A DNA stretch of 51,339 bases from Candidatus Taylorbacteria bacterium RIFCSPHIGHO2_01_FULL_51_15 (GTDB lineage Bacteria > Patescibacteriota > Minisyncoccia > Phycocordibacterales > UBA10002): assembly GCA_001820935.1 (NCBI GenBank), contig MHRI01000011.1, positions 2,718 through 54,056 on the forward strand, in the 5' to 3' direction. Positions 18,049-27,043 of this stretch are shown here, piece after piece. Below the pieces are notes generated by a model, which was given only the letters and a program-made list of their open reading frames with translations, was not told where the DNA came from and did no database searches. Each line of letters opens with the position of its first letter. Position 1 is the stretch's first letter. A program made the translations under genes and the position numbers.

Positions 18049-18708
18049 TCATCTTAGCGCCTCTTTCTGTCTTCGCCAATGACGACTTTTGATGCGTTGA
18101 AGCAGCGCGTCTTTCTTCATCCGACTCATATATGATTTCCCAAACCGGACACACACGCTGTTCACGCGACTCCAATAATTCTGGGGGAAGAGCTTCTTCA
18201 GATCCTCCTCTATTTTGTCCGGATTGGTATGTGCGGTCCATCCGAGTTGTCGTGAGATGTAGGCTACATGTGTGTCGACGCCGATTGCGTCAGCTCCATA
18301 TTCAGAAAGGAATACGTTGGCAGTCTTACGGCCAACACCGGGAAGGAGAATGAGTCTCGCGTGATCGTGCGGAAGTTTCCCGGCATGTTCTTCGATAAGC
18401 ACTCGGGCAAGAGAGATGACATACTTTGTTTTATTCTGAAAGAAGTTTACTGGTCGGATAATGGCGGCAACCTCTTCTGGTCTCGCTCTTGCCAATGCTT
18501 CAGGTGTTTTGAAAAAAGAGAAGAGTTTTTCCGCAACAAAAACCGTCACCTCGTCCCGCGTCCGCGCGGACATGAGAATCGAGATGAGGGTTTGCCACTC
18601 TTCCTTCCACCCTTCGGCGGCAAGGCGCATGGTTTTTACCCCGCCCAGCCGCTCCAGTACTTCCAGTTGTCTAATCGCCGTTTTTTGCTGCATTGTATTG
18701 TTCCCCAA
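18049..18708 (-). CDS. nth: endonuclease III-like HhH-GPD glycosylase
   Basis: LISILMSARTRDE...LLPGVGRKTANVFLSEYGADAIGVDTHV. Only one Cys in the C-terminal tail. Confidence 0.8.
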   Translation of the reverse strand: MGNNTMQQKTAIRQLEVLERLGGVKTMRLAAEGWKEEWQTLISILMSARTRDEVTVFVAEKLFSFFKTPEALARARPEEVAAIIRPVNFFQNKTKYVISLARVLIEEHAGKLPHDHARLILLPGVGRKTANVFLSEYGADAIGVDTHVAYISRQLGWTAHTNPDKIEEDLKKLFPQNYWSRVNSVCVRFGKSYMSRMKKDALLQRIKSRHWRRQKEALR

Positions 18709-19309
18709 GATTTAGTTCACACTGTGCCAAAATTTTTCTGCAGGTAGAGTGCGCGCCCAGGTGGCAGAGCGCGAGGGTGGAAGCTTTGAGCGCGAGTGGC
18801 TTCTCAAGGGGAGGTAGCGTACCAAACCCTATAGTGATATGGGGATGGAACTGTGCATGTATGTTGGTGCTCACCTTCCCGCTCGCCCAGTACTCGGAAA
18901 GCTTCGCAGGCGTTCCATAAAACATATCCGTGCGCACGCCTTCATACGTGCACCGCGCGATAATGTCGGTGAGAATGCGCTCATGCAGGTGCTGTAGTTC
19001 ATCCGTCTTCCGTACGTTCAGGCCGGAAATAACCCGCCCATCACGACGAACGGGCCCGACCTCGACACCCTGCACCACGAGGTCAAGTGGAGCATAGCTT
19101 CCCGCTATTTTTTCCAGTCTCTGTGAAATTTCCGGGAGCTTATCCTCCTCCATAAGTCCCATGGCAAGCGTCACATGTGGAATACCGCCTTTCTCTCCCA
19201 GTACGATTTCGTCCTCCGCGCCGGTGAGCAGCTCTTTGTTTAGAGCAATGACAATATTTGATGCGGCCTCATCGACAAGTAGCGCCACGTCAATAGCAAG
19301 TTTAGACAT
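18671..19309 (-). CDS. 2H phosphoesterase superfamily protein (LigT / cyclic phosphodiesterase-like)
   Basis: Two HxT motifs (PHVTLAMG and HPHITIGFG). Overlaps the nth start by 38 nt. Confidence 0.65.
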   Translation of the reverse strand: MSKLAIDVALLVDEAASNIVIALNKELLTGAEDEIVLGEKGGIPHVTLAMGLMEEDKLPEISQRLEKIAGSYAPLDLVVQGVEVGPVRRDGRVISGLNVRKTDELQHLHERILTDIIARCTYEGVRTDMFYGTPAKLSEYWASGKVSTNIHAQFHPHITIGFGTLPPLEKPLALKASTLALCHLGAHSTCRKILAQCELNLGEQYNAAKNGD

Positions 19310-19427
19310 AATATCAGATTAGCACAGAGAAGACGCTCTGCCATTCTGAATAAAAAACATCTTCAAGACCGGGGTGCATTGGGAGCGATGTTTACATGCT
19401 CCACCATTTATGTGTTACTCTTATAAC

Positions 19428-19772
19428 ATGCAATTCAACAGGTGGCCTTATTGGCTAAAGGGTAGCGTATTTATGGCAATCATTCTCTTGATGCCCCTGC
19501 TGTTAAGCATTCTTGCCCCTCAATTCGCTGCTTGGTTTGTGATCCCATTCGTGATGCTTCAGTCAATTTTTGAGGAAGCGTTCGGGTTTTTGTATGTGCA
19601 TAGCTTCTTCATGAAGATTCTTTTTGGCGGTGAAACCGTCGGCTCGCTTGGCCAATTCTGGCGGGAGCTTATCGTGATGCTTATGATCTATCTCGCAGTG
19701 GGAGCTTTTCTTGGTTGGCTCTATGGTAAAAACGAGGAACTGAAGATGCGTAAACGCATGAAGCACATTTAG
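19428..19772 (+). CDS. small multi-pass membrane protein
   Basis: MQFNRWPYWLKGSVFMAIILLMPLLLSILAPQFAAWFVIPFVML... has 3-4 hydrophobic helices. ATG 19428 is chosen inside ORF 19374... Confidence 0.5.
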   Translation: MQFNRWPYWLKGSVFMAIILLMPLLLSILAPQFAAWFVIPFVMLQSIFEEAFGFLYVHSFFMKILFGGETVGSLGQFWRELIVMLMIYLAVGAFLGWLYGKNEELKMRKRMKHI

Positions 19773-19900
19773 ATTTAGACAAAAATCACGGGGTAGAAAA
19801 GAATATTCACAGCCATCGCTAAACTTTGTTCGCACTTGATAACCTTGAGTAGGTTGACTCACTTAATGTTAGCACCGAAGACTAGGAATTAAAGAAGGAG

Positions 19901-21091
19901 TTATTGTACCTTAGAGCCACTAACTCTTTTCAGGATTTCGGAAGAAAAAGTATGAGTGAGGCCTTGCTCGGCGGCGAAACGTTCCTCGGCGAGCGACACG
20001 AGTTTCGTGATGAGCTCCACGCCGGAGACGCCTTTTTTCTTCCAATTGTGGACGTAGAGACTTCCGGGAAGTGTATTGACCTCATTCACAAAGACTTTTT
20101 GCGTTGCATTATCAATGAGAAAGTCTACTCGAGCGATGCCGGTACAGCCGAGCGTTCTGTAGGTTTTTTCTCCGAGTTCGCGTACTTGTGTCGCTTGTAC
20201 TTCGGAAATCGTAGCCGGTATTTCGCTGTACTGAGTATGCATGCCGCTTCCCTGTTTGCCACCTGAAAGATATTTGTCATTGAAGTCGAAGAACTCGCTT
20301 TTATTGAGCGGCCGCTCGACATGAGCAAACTCCACCGTCTCATTACCTATGATTGGGAGAGTCACTTCGGTCAGATTTTCAACTCCCTCCTCGACGAGAA
20401 CTTTGTCATCGTAGTGAAAAGCCACTTCAATCGCATTTTCTAGGCCTTTTTTGTCCTTCACCTTTGTCATTCCGACACTTGAGCCAAGATGCACCGGCTT
20501 AACGAAAAGCGGGTATTTCAATTTTGCGATTTTGTCGAGAAAAGACTGTTGCGCTTTCTCATAGCCTGACTTCGTAAACCACACAAATGGCACGACCGGC
20601 ACACCCTCCGCCAAAAGCACCTGTTTGGTAAAAGCTTTATCCATCGCGACGGCCGAAGCCGCCATATCGCACCCGACAAAAGGAACCTGTGCCATGCGCA
20701 GGAGGCCCATAAGCGAGCCGTCTTCGCCGTAGGTCCCGTGCATCGCCGGAAACACGACGTCTATTCGTACTTTTCTCTCCCGACTAAAGCCCGTTGGGCT
20801 CGCCCATCTAGGGAAGCCGGGCAAGATGAGCTCCAGCCCATTATCAAACAGGAGGTGAACCTTCTTCTTCCCTTTTAACACATCCGTGTAGTTTGACTGC
20901 TTGAAAAACGAAAGGTCGTTCATCACCTTGTCCGCGTACCAGTCCCCTTCTTTCGTGATATAGATCGGCCATACATCAAAATTACCACTCGCGGTGAGCG
21001 AATCTATAATCGGGATATGCGCGGTGATGATCGAAACATCGTGCTCCGCGCTCCTCCCACCAAATATTACAGCAACTGTTTTCTTAGTCAT
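19901..21091 (-). CDS. ddl: D-alanine--D-alanine ligase
   Basis: MTKKTVAVIFGGRSAEHDVSIITA..., with ATP-grasp segments (FVKPVHLGSSVGMTKV, ARVDFLI...VFVNEVNTLPG). Confidence 0.9.
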   Translation of the reverse strand: MTKKTVAVIFGGRSAEHDVSIITAHIPIIDSLTASGNFDVWPIYITKEGDWYADKVMNDLSFFKQSNYTDVLKGKKKVHLLFDNGLELILPGFPRWASPTGFSRERKVRIDVVFPAMHGTYGEDGSLMGLLRMAQVPFVGCDMAASAVAMDKAFTKQVLLAEGVPVVPFVWFTKSGYEKAQQSFLDKIAKLKYPLFVKPVHLGSSVGMTKVKDKKGLENAIEVAFHYDDKVLVEEGVENLTEVTLPIIGNETVEFAHVERPLNKSEFFDFNDKYLSGGKQGSGMHTQYSEIPATISEVQATQVRELGEKTYRTLGCTGIARVDFLIDNATQKVFVNEVNTLPGSLYVHNWKKKGVSGVELITKLVSLAEERFAAEQGLTHTFSSEILKRVSGSKVQ

Positions 21092-21144
21092 GAATCTCGG
21101 AAATTGATTAGCTTACGATACTATGCATTTTATTTGATAGAAGG

Positions 21145-21258
21145 AACAAAGCACAGACCGCACAAAAATCCAAACAAAACACAACTGCTCAAAACACAAA
21201 TTATTTTCTGCCTGTTTGGTCTTTGTCCGCCAGCTGGCGGATTGTGCTTTGTGCTTTC
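21145..21258. repeat. family-A word element, copy A3, carrying the 16-nt palindrome
   Basis: Starts caaagcacagaccgc...tccaaacaaaacacaa, like the reverse complement of A1. The outer arms caaagcacagaccgc / gcggattgtgctttg pair at 13/15. Contains tccgccagctggcgga at 21226-21241. Confidence 0.75.
21226..21241. repeat. 16-nt perfect palindrome TCCGCCAGCTGGCGGA (copy 1)
   Basis: Identical copies at 30863-30878 and 50750-50765. One-mismatch variants at 12376-12391 and 35023-35037. Confidence 0.9.
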
Positions 21259-21262
21259 GCCC

Positions 21263-22690
21263 TTAGGCGTATTGGTCCGGCCAATCGTTCTGAAGCACCA
21301 CTACATCGCCCTTCACTGTAAGATTCGGCAGTGCCGCAAACGCGTCAAGCGCCCTATCGAACCACATAATTTCTCCCTTGTAGTTCTCTTCCTGTAACCC
21401 CTTCTCGATGAGGGGAGTGACGGAATTCCTTATGAGCACGACCTTATCTATGTGAGCGCGGGCAAGTTCTCTCCCGATGTCCATATGCACTTCTTCCTTT
21501 TTTGCCCCCATTTCCACCAAACCCGGCGTCAAGTACCAGCGTCGAACATTCTTCAGGCTTGAAAGAAATTCGAGAACTGCGCGGACCCCATCCGGATTCC
21601 CGTTGTAGCTATCATCGAGGGTGATAACCCCCGCGGTGTCAGTCTTTGGCTCCAAACGATGCTCAAATGGCTTCGTTCTTTGAATTCCTAGCCCAATACG
21701 TTCAGTGGATATGCCGAGCTTACACGCGATATCTGCAGCGACGGAGAGTGGTCCGACCTGGTGAAGTCCGAGGAGATGAGATTCTGCCTGTATTCTTTGC
21801 GGACCGTTTCGAAGCATAAACAAGGTGCCTTTAAGACTCGCCTTCGCATCCTCTACTCTCCACTCCCCTGCTCCGGCGCGACTATAGAGTATATCGCCCG
21901 TGCGAGCATACGTTCGCGCCAGAATGTTTTCTCCATTTATGTAGAGAGGCCTGTCCCGGAAATATCCTGCTAGTTCAAAAATAGTCTTTCGGGTCTCTCC
22001 TATACTTCCGAATTTCGCAAGATGTGCTTCGTTTACTCCAGTAATGATTCCTATGTCCGGCGCCACTAGCTTGCATAGTCGCCTTATATCGCCAGGATAG
22101 TATTCGCCAAGTTCGAAAACAAGTATCTCTTCATCGCCCCCAAGACTCCGAATAAACGAGCTAATACCAAGCGGCGTATTGTAGCTTCCGGGGGGCGCTG
22201 CCACTCTTTTCCCCGCGCCGAGCACAGTTTTGAGGATTTCTCGCATGCTGGTTTTCCCAAAACTTCCTGCGATGGCGATCCTAAACCCCTTATGAGCCTT
22301 GAGTTTCCTCTTCGCGTGAACGAGGATCCCATATTCTACAGGTATTTGTACAATCCGTGACAAAACCATGAGTCCGATGAAGAAATCAACAAGAAGATAG
22401 GGAGCGACAAAAGCGGTGAGTAAAAAAGCGGGATATTTCCAGCTCTCCTCTGCTACGACAAGCATTCCAAACGCGAAAACGTAAAGAAAAAAGAGGACTG
22501 CATATCCTGCGATGAGAAAAAGAAGGCTCTTAGGAGTTTTGACGAGGGATTTCCTTTGCTCCACGCGCAAAAAGTCACGGGTGCGCCAAAACCAACGGAG
22601 GAAGTCGCGGATATGGTATTCACTCGCCTGCATCATGTAAACGAGTGAACGGACGTACCGCGGGTGGTAGCGTGAAAGTAAGTTTTTCAT
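21263..22690 (-). CDS. murF: MurF-like Mur ligase (UDP-MurNAc-tripeptide--D-Ala-D-Ala ligase) with hydrophobic N-terminal extension
   Basis: IAIAGSFGKTSMREIL (P-loop), ITGVNEAHLAKFGS, DDSYNGNPDGVRAVLEFL and TPGLVEMGAKKEEVH. The N-terminal ~125 aa carry two long hydrophobic segments. Adjacent to ddl. Confidence 0.8.
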   Translation of the reverse strand: MKNLLSRYHPRYVRSLVYMMQASEYHIRDFLRWFWRTRDFLRVEQRKSLVKTPKSLLFLIAGYAVLFFLYVFAFGMLVVAEESWKYPAFLLTAFVAPYLLVDFFIGLMVLSRIVQIPVEYGILVHAKRKLKAHKGFRIAIAGSFGKTSMREILKTVLGAGKRVAAPPGSYNTPLGISSFIRSLGGDEEILVFELGEYYPGDIRRLCKLVAPDIGIITGVNEAHLAKFGSIGETRKTIFELAGYFRDRPLYINGENILARTYARTGDILYSRAGAGEWRVEDAKASLKGTLFMLRNGPQRIQAESHLLGLHQVGPLSVAADIACKLGISTERIGLGIQRTKPFEHRLEPKTDTAGVITLDDSYNGNPDGVRAVLEFLSSLKNVRRWYLTPGLVEMGAKKEEVHMDIGRELARAHIDKVVLIRNSVTPLIEKGLQEENYKGEIMWFDRALDAFAALPNLTVKGDVVVLQNDWPDQYA

Positions 22691-23448
22691 TGAAGGAGGA
22701 ATGTCTTGATAAGTGCGGCCATCTCTTCAGGTCTTTCCTGATGCACAAAGTGGCCATTCCCTTTGAGTATCTCCAGTCTTGAGTGAGCAATAAGGCGCTG
22801 TAAACGCCTTCCGTCCCAAATTGGAGTGGTCACATCCCGTTCCCCCCAAATCAGGAGTGTGGGGATATGAATCTCCTTGGCGGCGACTGAAAGATCTTCC
22901 TGAATCGCTTTCAGGAAGGTTTCCTTCAGTACCCCACTGTGAATGTGTATGTAGTCCCCGCTCCCCGCCATGCCGTATAGCCTGCGGCGAAAACGCTCTT
23001 GTACGGTTCGGGGAAAGAAGAATAGAGCTATCTTCCCTACTTTGGCAGCAAGCAGGAAAAATCTAGCATGAAAGGTCTTATACTTCGCAAGTCCGGCTGA
23101 TGCGATGAGCACGATCTTCTTCGGAGTGAAAAGACCTTCAGCTACTCCTTTTATAATCACACGACCGCCAAAAGAGTGACCAACTAATATTTCGGGCTGA
23201 ACCCCGACTTTTTGGCAGAAATCCTCGACAAAGTGCGCATACTCTCCCGTTGACCACACCTCTTTAGGAAGTTCGCTTCCTCCAAAACCGGGAAAATCAA
23301 GACGCACGAGTCGAAAACCGGCCGGGAAAACCCGGACAAGCTCATTAAAAGTGTGCAGATCGTCCTTCCAGCCGTGTAAAAATAAGACAACCGGCCCTTC
23401 TCCGATATCTTCATACTCGATTGCGAGATTGTTGACGATAGTCTTCAT
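22687..23448 (-). CDS. alpha/beta hydrolase
   Basis: VVLFLHGW...LVGHSFGG (nucleophile elbow)...GHFVHQERPEE. ATG 23448 is chosen. 4-nt overlap with murF. Confidence 0.8.
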   Translation of the reverse strand: MKTIVNNLAIEYEDIGEGPVVLFLHGWKDDLHTFNELVRVFPAGFRLVRLDFPGFGGSELPKEVWSTGEYAHFVEDFCQKVGVQPEILVGHSFGGRVIIKGVAEGLFTPKKIVLIASAGLAKYKTFHARFFLLAAKVGKIALFFFPRTVQERFRRRLYGMAGSGDYIHIHSGVLKETFLKAIQEDLSVAAKEIHIPTLLIWGERDVTTPIWDGRRLQRLIAHSRLEILKGNGHFVHQERPEEMAALIKTFLLQ

Positions 23449-23461
23449 ATCTCTGATTTCT

Positions 23462-23842
23462 TCATTTGGCCCGAAAATCAACCTGGTGCGCTGGTATACC
23501 AATTGATACGCCATAAGCCTTCGCCTCGTCATACTGCGCCTGATCTCTCATATCAATTCTGAAAATCCTCCCAGGAAAGATAATGTAGTGCTCTGTCCCA
23601 TCATCAAAATCCGCGTACCAGGAATGTGCATGCGCTGAATCAAGATTCCTGCTAATATTCTCTGCGATTTTCTCTACCTCTCCCCTCTCGACTTCAACTG
23701 TATGTAGTGTCCAGTTGCTAAGCCAAGGTGTTTGGTGTTTCTTCTTAACAGGAGAGATTCTTGTTGAAAGAATTTTCACGTCACGAAGGAGTGAGACATC
23801 CTCAAGCGACTCCTCGATGATGACGCCGATATATTTTTTCAT
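23462..23842 (-). CDS. hypothetical protein
   Basis: 126 aa from MKKYIGVIIEESLEDVS. No motif recognised. Confidence 0.5.
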   Translation of the reverse strand: MKKYIGVIIEESLEDVSLLRDVKILSTRISPVKKKHQTPWLSNWTLHTVEVERGEVEKIAENISRNLDSAHAHSWYADFDDGTEHYIIFPGRIFRIDMRDQAQYDEAKAYGVSIGIPAHQVDFRAK

Positions 23843-24052
23843 TTCGGGGAGCCGAGAATCGGACTCGGACCTCACGCTCCCAAAGCGTGTATACTACCAC
23901 TATACTACTCCCCGATAGTTATCCCTGAAGAAGGTTTCTGAGTCACATTCTTCCCTGTCCCACCTCAACATTTTTCATCGCACATGGTCTCCTATCTACT
24001 GAAAAAAGCTTCACACGAGAACTATGCGATACTATCATAGTTACTACAATTT

Positions 24053-24122
24053 CATAAAGGACATCAATAAAGGACACTGTGCACACCCTGTGTCCTTTAT
24101 GATTTCTAAAGGACTATGTCCT
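24053..24122. repeat. family-F cluster: ATAAAGGACA words in both orientations
   Basis: Forward copies at 24054, 24067 and 24107; reverse copies at 24090 and 24116. 24067-24077 and 24090-24100 form an 11-bp perfect hairpin just downstream of yraN. Confidence 0.8.
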
Positions 24123-24567
24123 CTAGTAATTTTATTTTTGCTCTTCTTTTCTTCTCATCTATGAAGACTGTCGCAACATCGAATTGCCAGCTCGTTTCAT
24201 CTGAAACATGTTTCCCCATAAGATAAGTTTGTATTATACGCCCTAAACGCTTCATTTTATTGAAGTTTACATTGTCCTCCGGTCTGAACGCATCTTTTCT
24301 AATTTTTGAGCGAATATACGTGAGAGCTGCCCGTCTTTTATCTCCGGTGGTTTCAGATGAAACCTTCTTTCTTGTTTCACCCGAAACAATTTCTGCTGTT
24401 TTTGTCTTAACCTCAACAAAGTGTATTCTTTCGTTTCGCTTAGCCACAACATCGAGTTCGCCCCACGGACGACGATAGTTTCGATCAAGAATCCGGTAGC
24501 CTCTTTTCACAAGAAACTTTACGACGAGCTCCTCACCAAGTGCGCCGACTTTTTGTGTTGAACTCAT
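24106..24567 (-). CDS. yraN: YraN family (UPF0102) endonuclease-like protein with internal insert
   Basis: GALGEELVVKFLVKRGYRILDRNYRRPWGELDVVAKRNERIHFVEVKTKT. The insert carries three VS[SGD]ET words. Confidence 0.75.
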   Translation of the reverse strand: MSSTQKVGALGEELVVKFLVKRGYRILDRNYRRPWGELDVVAKRNERIHFVEVKTKTAEIVSGETRKKVSSETTGDKRRAALTYIRSKIRKDAFRPEDNVNFNKMKRLGRIIQTYLMGKHVSDETSWQFDVATVFIDEKKRRAKIKLLEDIVL

Positions 24568-24602
24568 GTGTACTTATTTTGTTAGACACGAGGCTCCAAT
24601 CT

Positions 24603-25079
24603 CTACTCTGAGGTTTCAGATGAAACAGCCAAGATCTTAGAAAAATTGTTTTCCAAGATTTCTCGCGTAAATTCATCAAGCTTCTTGATGGTCTGTATCT
24701 GCTCAAGTGTCATCCAGGCAAACTCGAGATGCTCCTCATCAAGAACCGGGTCACCCGAAGTTACTCCGGAAAATGTTAATCGCACGATATGCTTTTCAGG
24801 AAGTCGGAGAATGTCCTGAACAGAGATGAGTTCAGGTGTGCCTAGAATCCGAAGTCTCGTTTCCTCAAAAACCTCTCTCTCAATATTTTCCAAAAGAGAG
24901 GTGCCCGGGAAAATCCTCCCCCCAACTATATCCCAACAATTTTTAATATTTGGATACCGAATTGGAGATCTCTTCAACAGCAAATATTTGCCCTTTTCAT
25001 TTCTCAAAAATATTTTTACTTCAACCTGCAAGGGTATTGACGAGCTTATACTTTTGATTCCTGATGATTTATGTTTCAT
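24603..25079 (-). CDS. NUDIX hydrolase
   Basis: Nudix box GGRIFPGTSLLENIEREVFEETRL. Confidence 0.85.
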   Translation of the reverse strand: MKHKSSGIKSISSSIPLQVEVKIFLRNEKGKYLLLKRSPIRYPNIKNCWDIVGGRIFPGTSLLENIEREVFEETRLRILGTPELISVQDILRLPEKHIVRLTFSGVTSGDPVLDEEHLEFAWMTLEQIQTIKKLDEFTREILENNFSKILAVSSETSE

Positions 25080-25087
25080 GTGAAACT

Positions 25088-25175
25088 ATAAAGGACTTGT
25101 CGTCGCGTGTCTTTTTGAAAAGCCCTATCTAGGGCCGTAGTAGAGAATTTCATGTGAACCCGAAATGTCCTTTAT
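25088..25175. repeat. family-F inverted pair
   Basis: ataaaggac at 25088-25096 and atgtcctttat at 25165-25175 flank a 68-bp core containing the palindrome gccctatctagggc. Confidence 0.7.
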
Positions 25176-25231
25176 GCACATATCCCCTGTCTTATCCACA
25201 GTTTTTTCCACCGGAGCAGTTTGTTAGCGTT

Positions 25232-25302
25232 TGCGGGTACCGGGAATCGAACCCGAATCTCGTCCTTGGCAAGGACGCGTTCTACCACTAAACCATACCC
25301 GC
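25232..25302 (-). tRNA. tRNA-Gly (anticodon GCC)
   Basis: Reverse complement gcgggtatggtttagtggtagaacgcgtccttgccaaggacgagattcgggttcgattcccggtacccgca. Anticodon loop tTGCCaa. Confidence 0.93.
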
Positions 25303-25372
25303 ACGGAGCTCATCTTACCTAACGATTCTAAAAGAAGAATACCAGAAAGCTCTGGTGGAACAAAATGCGCCC

Positions 25373-25445
25373 GGCAGGACTCGAACCTGCAACCCCTTGG
25401 TTCGAAGCCAAGTACTCTATCCTTTGAGCTACGGGCGCGCGGAAA
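25373..25445 (-). tRNA. tRNA-Arg (anticodon TCG)
   Basis: Reverse complement gcgcccgtagctcaaaggatagagtacttggcttcgaaccaaggggttgcaggttcgagtcctgccgggcgca. Anticodon loop cTTCGaa. Confidence 0.9.
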
Positions 25446-25499
25446 GATAAATCATACGTCAGATTAGGCGAATCGCAAAAGAGATACTACAATATCGCT

Positions 25500-26984
25500 G
25501 TGAAAGAGTCTAAGAAAACGCTTGATGTAGAGGTCCCGAGTGAGGTTCTGCGGGTCGCAAAAACGCTTGAGAGCAACGGCTTTGAGGCGTATCTTGTGGG
25601 TGGATGCGTCCGTGATCTTCTCATAGGGAGAAAGCCGAATGATTGGGATATTACCACAAACGCGATTCCAGAGAAGATTACGGCTATTTTCCCCAATACA
25701 TTTTACGAAAATGAGTACGGCACTGTCGGAGTGGTAAATGAGGGGGTAGAGGATGAGACATTGAAGGTGATTGAAGTAACTCCGTATCGATTGGAGGGGG
25801 GCTACTCCGACAAACGCCGCCCCGACTCGGTAGAGTGGAGTTCTAAACTTGAGGACGATTTAAGACGTCGCGATTTTACGATCAACGCCATCGCACTCAA
25901 ACTTCCCTCTACGATCGTGGACCTATTTGAAGGGGAAGAAGACTTAAAAAATAGGACTGTGCGCTCGGTAGGTGAGCCGGAGGCACGTTTCAATGAGGAT
26001 GCCCTTAGAATGCTTCGCGCGATACGTATTGCCGTGGAGCTTGATTTTACGCTTGATCCGAAAACGCAAAACGCGATTGCATTTAACGCAAAACATCTAA
26101 AGGAAATGGCGCCGGAGCGTATTCGCGATGAATTCATCCGCATCGTCATGTCCCCAAGGCCTCATATTGGCCTTATTTTAAGCCATAAATTGGGACTTTT
26201 AGGACATATCGTACCTGAACTGGAAGAGGGGATTGGCGTTGCTCAAAATAAGGCCCACTCCTATGATGTATTCGAGCACATTCTTAGAACTGTTGAGCAC
26301 GCCGCAAAAAAGGAATTCACATTGGAAACTCGTCTTGCAGCTCTGTTCCACGACATCGGAAAACCAGCGACGCGCCGCTGGTCAGAGGAGAAAAAAGATT
26401 GGACATTCTATGGACATGATGTGGTGGGAGCGAAGATGGCGGCAAAAATTATGGCGAGGCTGGCGTTTCCTAAGAAAACAGCCGAAAACATTGTTGCACT
26501 TGTGCGGTGGCACATGTTCTTTTCCGACACTGAACAGATTACTCACTCGGCGGTGCGCCGAATGGTTGCGCGCGTGGGAACTGAAAATATATGGCATCTT
26601 ATGGATGTCCGAACATGTGACCGTATAGGAACGGGGAGGCCGAAAGAAAGTCCGTACCGCCTTAGGAAGTACCACGCAATGATCGACGAGGTAATGCGCG
26701 ATCCGCTTTCCGTGGGAATGCTAAAAATTAGTGGGGGAAGGATTATGGAGCTTTGTGGCATTGAGCCGGGCCCTAAAATAGGGCATATATTACACGCCTT
26801 GCTCGAGGAGGTGCTTGATGAGCCCGGTAAAAACACCAAGGAATACCTAGAAAAAAGGGTCCTGGAATTGAATCAATTGTCTGAAAAAGAGCTCGTGGCC
26901 ATCGGCACAAAAGCGAAACAGGCTAAAGAAAAACAGGAAGAGAAAACGTTGAAAGAAATACGCAAAAAACATTGGGTGAGCTAG
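25500..26984 (+). CDS. cca: CCA-adding enzyme / poly(A) polymerase family nucleotidyltransferase with HD domain
   Basis: GTG start. YLVGGCVRDLLIGRKPNDWDITT, RRDFTINA, and HD motif LFHDIGKP. Confidence 0.88.
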   Translation: MKESKKTLDVEVPSEVLRVAKTLESNGFEAYLVGGCVRDLLIGRKPNDWDITTNAIPEKITAIFPNTFYENEYGTVGVVNEGVEDETLKVIEVTPYRLEGGYSDKRRPDSVEWSSKLEDDLRRRDFTINAIALKLPSTIVDLFEGEEDLKNRTVRSVGEPEARFNEDALRMLRAIRIAVELDFTLDPKTQNAIAFNAKHLKEMAPERIRDEFIRIVMSPRPHIGLILSHKLGLLGHIVPELEEGIGVAQNKAHSYDVFEHILRTVEHAAKKEFTLETRLAALFHDIGKPATRRWSEEKKDWTFYGHDVVGAKMAAKIMARLAFPKKTAENIVALVRWHMFFSDTEQITHSAVRRMVARVGTENIWHLMDVRTCDRIGTGRPKESPYRLRKYHAMIDEVMRDPLSVGMLKISGGRIMELCGIEPGPKIGHILHALLEEVLDEPGKNTKEYLEKRVLELNQLSEKELVAIGTKAKQAKEKQEEKTLKEIRKKHWVS

Positions 26985-27016
26985 ATTTACGGGGGATAGG
27001 CTGTAGACATAAAGAA

Positions 27017-27037
27017 AGCCGCCCGATTAGGGCGGCC
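27017..27037 (+). terminator. hairpin after cca
   Basis: gccgccc gatta gggcggc forms a 7-bp GC stem, followed by a U-rich cttcttagttcttt. Confidence 0.45.
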
Positions 27038-27043
27038 TTCTTA

